DNA of 38,967 bases from Salpingoeca rosetta (lineage: Eukaryota; Protista; Choanoflagellata). Positions 35,981-38,967 of the stretch are shown here, one piece after another. Below the pieces are notes generated by a model. The model was not told the DNA's origin. It ran no database searches and worked only from the letters and a program-made list of their open reading frames with translations. The stretch covers positions 1,492,714-1,531,680 of the forward strand of contig JAWQFM010000002.1 of assembly GCA_033442325.1 (NCBI GenBank), given 5' to 3'. Position 1 is the stretch's first letter, and every line of letters begins with the position of its first letter. The translations under genes and the position numbers were made by a program.

Positions 35981-36287
35981 CACACAGACAGACAGACAGA
36001 CAGACAGACACACAGACAGACAGACACACAGACAGACAGACAGACAGACACACACACAGACACACAGACACACAGACACACACACAGACACACACACACA
36101 CACACACACAAACAAACAAACACAAGACACGTAGCTCGCCCATGGCCGACTTGATCTCATGTGCATGGTGTTGGTGGGTCATGACGTGCAGGCTGCAGGG
36201 GAGGCGATGCCGCTCGCTGCCCTGCTGGAAGCGCTGCGTGTGGCCATCGAGCGTGAGCACCAGTCGCGCCAGAGCCTCATGGCATAG
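32971..36287 (+). CDS. PCH2: Pachytene checkpoint protein 2 / TRIP13 AAA+ ATPase (HORMA remodeller)
   Basis: [18 protein letters not shown]; [18 protein letters not shown] (Walker A); [21 protein letters not shown]; LIDEVESL (Walker B); [17 protein letters not shown]; LTTSN; AFVDRAD; [14 protein letters not shown]. Stop TAG at 36285-36287. The start may have a short upstream exon. Confidence 0.96.
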
Positions 36288-36567
36288 CATAACGCGAAAC
36301 AGCAGAAAGCCAGCAGAAGTCAGTGTATGTGCGTGTGTGTGTGCGTGTGCGCGCGTGTGTGCGTGTGTGTGCGCGTGTGTGACATGGTGGAATAGCATAG
36401 ACGGCAACCACAAGAAGACGACGGCCAAAGTTGTGACGAGTTCGGTTGCACGACGTGCCATGCCAACTCGTCATTCCCGAAACAACAACACACCATTCCA
36501 ACACAAAGCGACAAGAAGAAGAAGGAAGAACCAAACAAGAAGAAAGACAAGCAAGAAGCAAGCGGAA

Positions 36568-37630
36568 ATGGCGGATGCGAAGAGTGTTGTGCCAAAGGTG
36601 CAGGTGAGTGCATCCAATCCACCGAGGACACGATACGAGCGCGTCGGCTCCTATGTTGCCGGTTCAGTCAACGCCTCACATGCCTTGTGCTTTGTGTACC
36701 TTGTGTGCTTTGTATGTCGCGTGTGCCGTGTTTGTGTCAGGCGCGCGTGGAGGTGCAGGGTGTGCCGACGGATATCCTTGTTCTCCGCTTTGCCAATGCA
36801 ACCCAAGTCTGGATCACACAGCTCGATCGAGCTGGCACCGTGGTCAGTGACTTAGGCGCGTGCGCAAGGGGTGTGCGTGTGAGTTGTGTGTGCGTGTGAG
36901 TTGTGTCTGTCGTCTGTGTGAGTGTGTGTGAGTGAGTGAGTGAGTGAGTGAGTGAGTGAGTGAGTGAGTGAGTGAGTGAGTGAGTGAGTGAGTGAGTGAG
37001 TGAGTGAGTGAGTGAGTGAGTGAGTGAGTGAGTAAGTGTGTGTGNNNNNNNNNNNNNNNNNNNNNNNNNNNNNNNNNNNNNNNNNNNNNNNNNNNNNNNN
37101 NNNNNNNNNNNNNNNNNNNNNNNNNNNNNNNNNNNNNNNNNNNNNNNNNNNNNNNNNNNNNNNNNNNNNNNNNNNNNNNNNNNNNNNNNNNNNNNNNNNN
37201 NNNNNNNNNNNNNNNNNNNNNNNNNNNNNNNNNNNNNNNNNNNNNNNNNNNNNNNNNNNNNNNNNNNNNNNNNNNNNNNNNNNNNNNNNNNNNNNNNNNN
37301 NNNNNNNNNNNNNNNNNNNNNNNNNNNNNNNNNNNNNNNNNNNNNNNNNNNNNNNNNNNNNNNNNNNNNNNNNNNNNNNNNNNNNNNNNNNNNNNNNNNN
37401 NNNNNNNNNNNNNNNNNNNNNNNNNNNNNNNNNNNNNNNNNNNNNNNNNNNNNNNNNNNNNNNNNNNNNNNNNNNNNNNNNNNNNNNNNNNNNNNNNNNN
37501 NNNNNNNNNNNNNNNNNNNNNNNNNNNNNNNNNNNNNNNNNNNNNNNNNNNNNNNNNNNNNNNNNNNNNNNNNCACACACACACAGACACCGCACACGCA
37601 CACAGACACGCACACACACACAGACACACA

Positions 37631-37721
<91 letters not shown>

Positions 37722-37950
37722 GCTAGGAATCCTCTCACGTCGACGCTGCTCTTTGCTCTCCCCCACATGCATGTATTTGCAGGTCGGGTTGGACGTGTTG
37801 GCGAAACAGGTTGCCACGCTCTTGCACAAGCGTGACATGGTCGGGGCAAAGAAGCCGCTCTGCTTCACGTGCTCCCTCAAGTCCTACGACCAAGCCACCG
37901 TCAAGGATATCCTCAGCCATGTCGACACGCTGGCAGGAAACCTCAAATGA
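36568..37950 (+). CDS. PSMG3: Proteasome assembly chaperone 3 (PAC3)-like; a middle exon is probably inside the gap
   Basis: Exons 36568-36603, 36741-36842, [gap], 37783-37950. VQGVPTDILVLRFANATQVWITQLDRAGTV resembles PAC3 VCGVPTQVVCTAFSSHILVVVTQFGKMGTL. C-terminal LDVLAKQV...KPLCFTCSLK. Confidence 0.75.
36928..37033. repeat. (TGAG)n tetranucleotide microsatellite
   Basis: Perfect array seen directly before the gap. Confidence 0.9.
37045..37573. other. Assembly gap (N run) inside PSMG3
   Basis: N run flanked by (TG)n on the left and (CA)n on the right. Confidence 0.99.
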
Positions 37951-38470
37951 CACCCTCCGCACGTCGCATGGCGCTCTTGGTTCCGTTACATGACACCGGC
38001 TTTGCGTGGTGACCTTTGTACATAGTTGCTTCGTGTGTGATCATCGCATCGCATCGTATTGCACCCTACGAGGCCCAGGCCACAGGAAGATAAAGGCAGC
38101 ATTCTCTTTACTTGACACGGGGCGACAAGTCGGCACGAAAGCACACAATAAGGAAGAGACAACAAGGAGGCGTCAACCACAACAACAACAGACATAACGT
38201 GCCAGGGGCAAGAGGGGCAAGAGGGGCAAGAGGGTGGCCGGTATGATACCACGCAAAGGATGCCACCACAAACCGTGCACAGATGTAGACAAACATGCAC
38301 ACGCAGAGACACAGACGGACAGACACAGGCACACAGACAGACAGGCACACAGACAGACAGACAGACAGACAGACCCACATATACACACATTCAGGTGATC
38401 ATGGAGGGCTGTCATTTGACGTGCAGGAAAGATATTGGGGGTTGCAGTTGTGGCGCTTCGTGTTGAAGAG

Positions 38471-38580
38471 TTAGCCAAGCTTGACAAACTGGGCTGGGAA
38501 CACGCCTTCCTTTCCGTTCTTCTCACCGCGCCACCACGTGTCGTTTTCCTTCTCAATCAGCCTGGTGTGCGCGCGTGAGC

Positions 38581-38611
<31 letters not shown>

Positions 38612-38810
38612 TGTGTGTGTGAGCAGAGAGGGGAACAGAAGCACGCTGATGGCGAGCACAGCATGGTGAGTCAAGGTTCCGAGCAACAAAGCAAACATCA
38701 TGCACATGTGTGCATGTGTGTTGTGTCTCACTTGAGCTTCTCGCCGGCCTTGAGGGAGAGCTCCAGTTCGCCCTGTGCTTTGTAGTCGTACAGCACAGTC
38801 ACATACGTCT
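38471..38810 (-). CDS. 3' end of a gene encoding a C-terminal SH3 domain (partial)
   Basis: Exons 38810-38732 and 38561-38471 give TYVTVLYDYKAQGELELSLKAGEKLKLIEKENDTWWRGEKNGKEGVFPAQFVKLG*, with the SH3 motifs LYDY, ELSL, WW and G.FP. Confidence 0.9.
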
Positions 38811-38967
38811 CTGTTGTGCGCGCGAATCAGGAGGGAGGGAGGGCGATTGAGTGTCGTGAGGGGCAGACAAGTAATGAACAATGAACACAGATGCTGGTGC
38901 GTTTGTGTGTGTCAGCATCTGCTGCTGTCCCTTTGCGTATCGCTCCATGTTCACAGAGAGAGAGAGA

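Noticed and set aside
62-38881. Hundreds of HTHT/CVCV/TDRQ-type ORFs
   Set aside because: They are translations of intronic (CA)n, (TG)n and (GACA)n microsatellites that lack stop codons.
1-38967. Transposons, tRNA or rRNA genes
   Set aside because: No transposase or RT motifs, terminal repeats or structured-RNA signatures recognised by eye; a covariance-model scan was not possible.

Overview
Intron-rich eukaryotic DNA with GT-AG introns full of (CA)n/(TG)n microsatellites, so most of the ORF track is repeat noise. Gene content and style suggest a choanoflagellate such as Salpingoeca rosetta (inference). Manual splicing recovers eight near-complete genes and two partial ones, mostly in head-to-head pairs: a possible gene start at the left edge (-) / a myristoylated IRS-PTB (FRS2/DOK-like) adaptor (+); Piezo (-) / XRCC4-like (+); acyloxyacyl hydrolase AOAH (-) / mitochondrial AspRS DARS2 (+); SPO11 (-) / PCH2-TRIP13 (+); then PSMG3/PAC3 (+) and the SH3-encoding 3' end of a gene (-). 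The most notable signals are four. (1) A divergent SPO11-PCH2 meiotic pair whose ~420 bp shared promoter carries a cluster of E2F-type motifs. (2) An adaptor tail with YxQP repeats and an ITAM-spaced YxxL pair. (3) Many introns with (TG)n near the donor and (CA)n near an acceptor that lacks a pyrimidine tract. (4) Substitutions at conserved sites in SPO11 and in the Piezo pore. All family assignments come from recalled motifs, not database searches.
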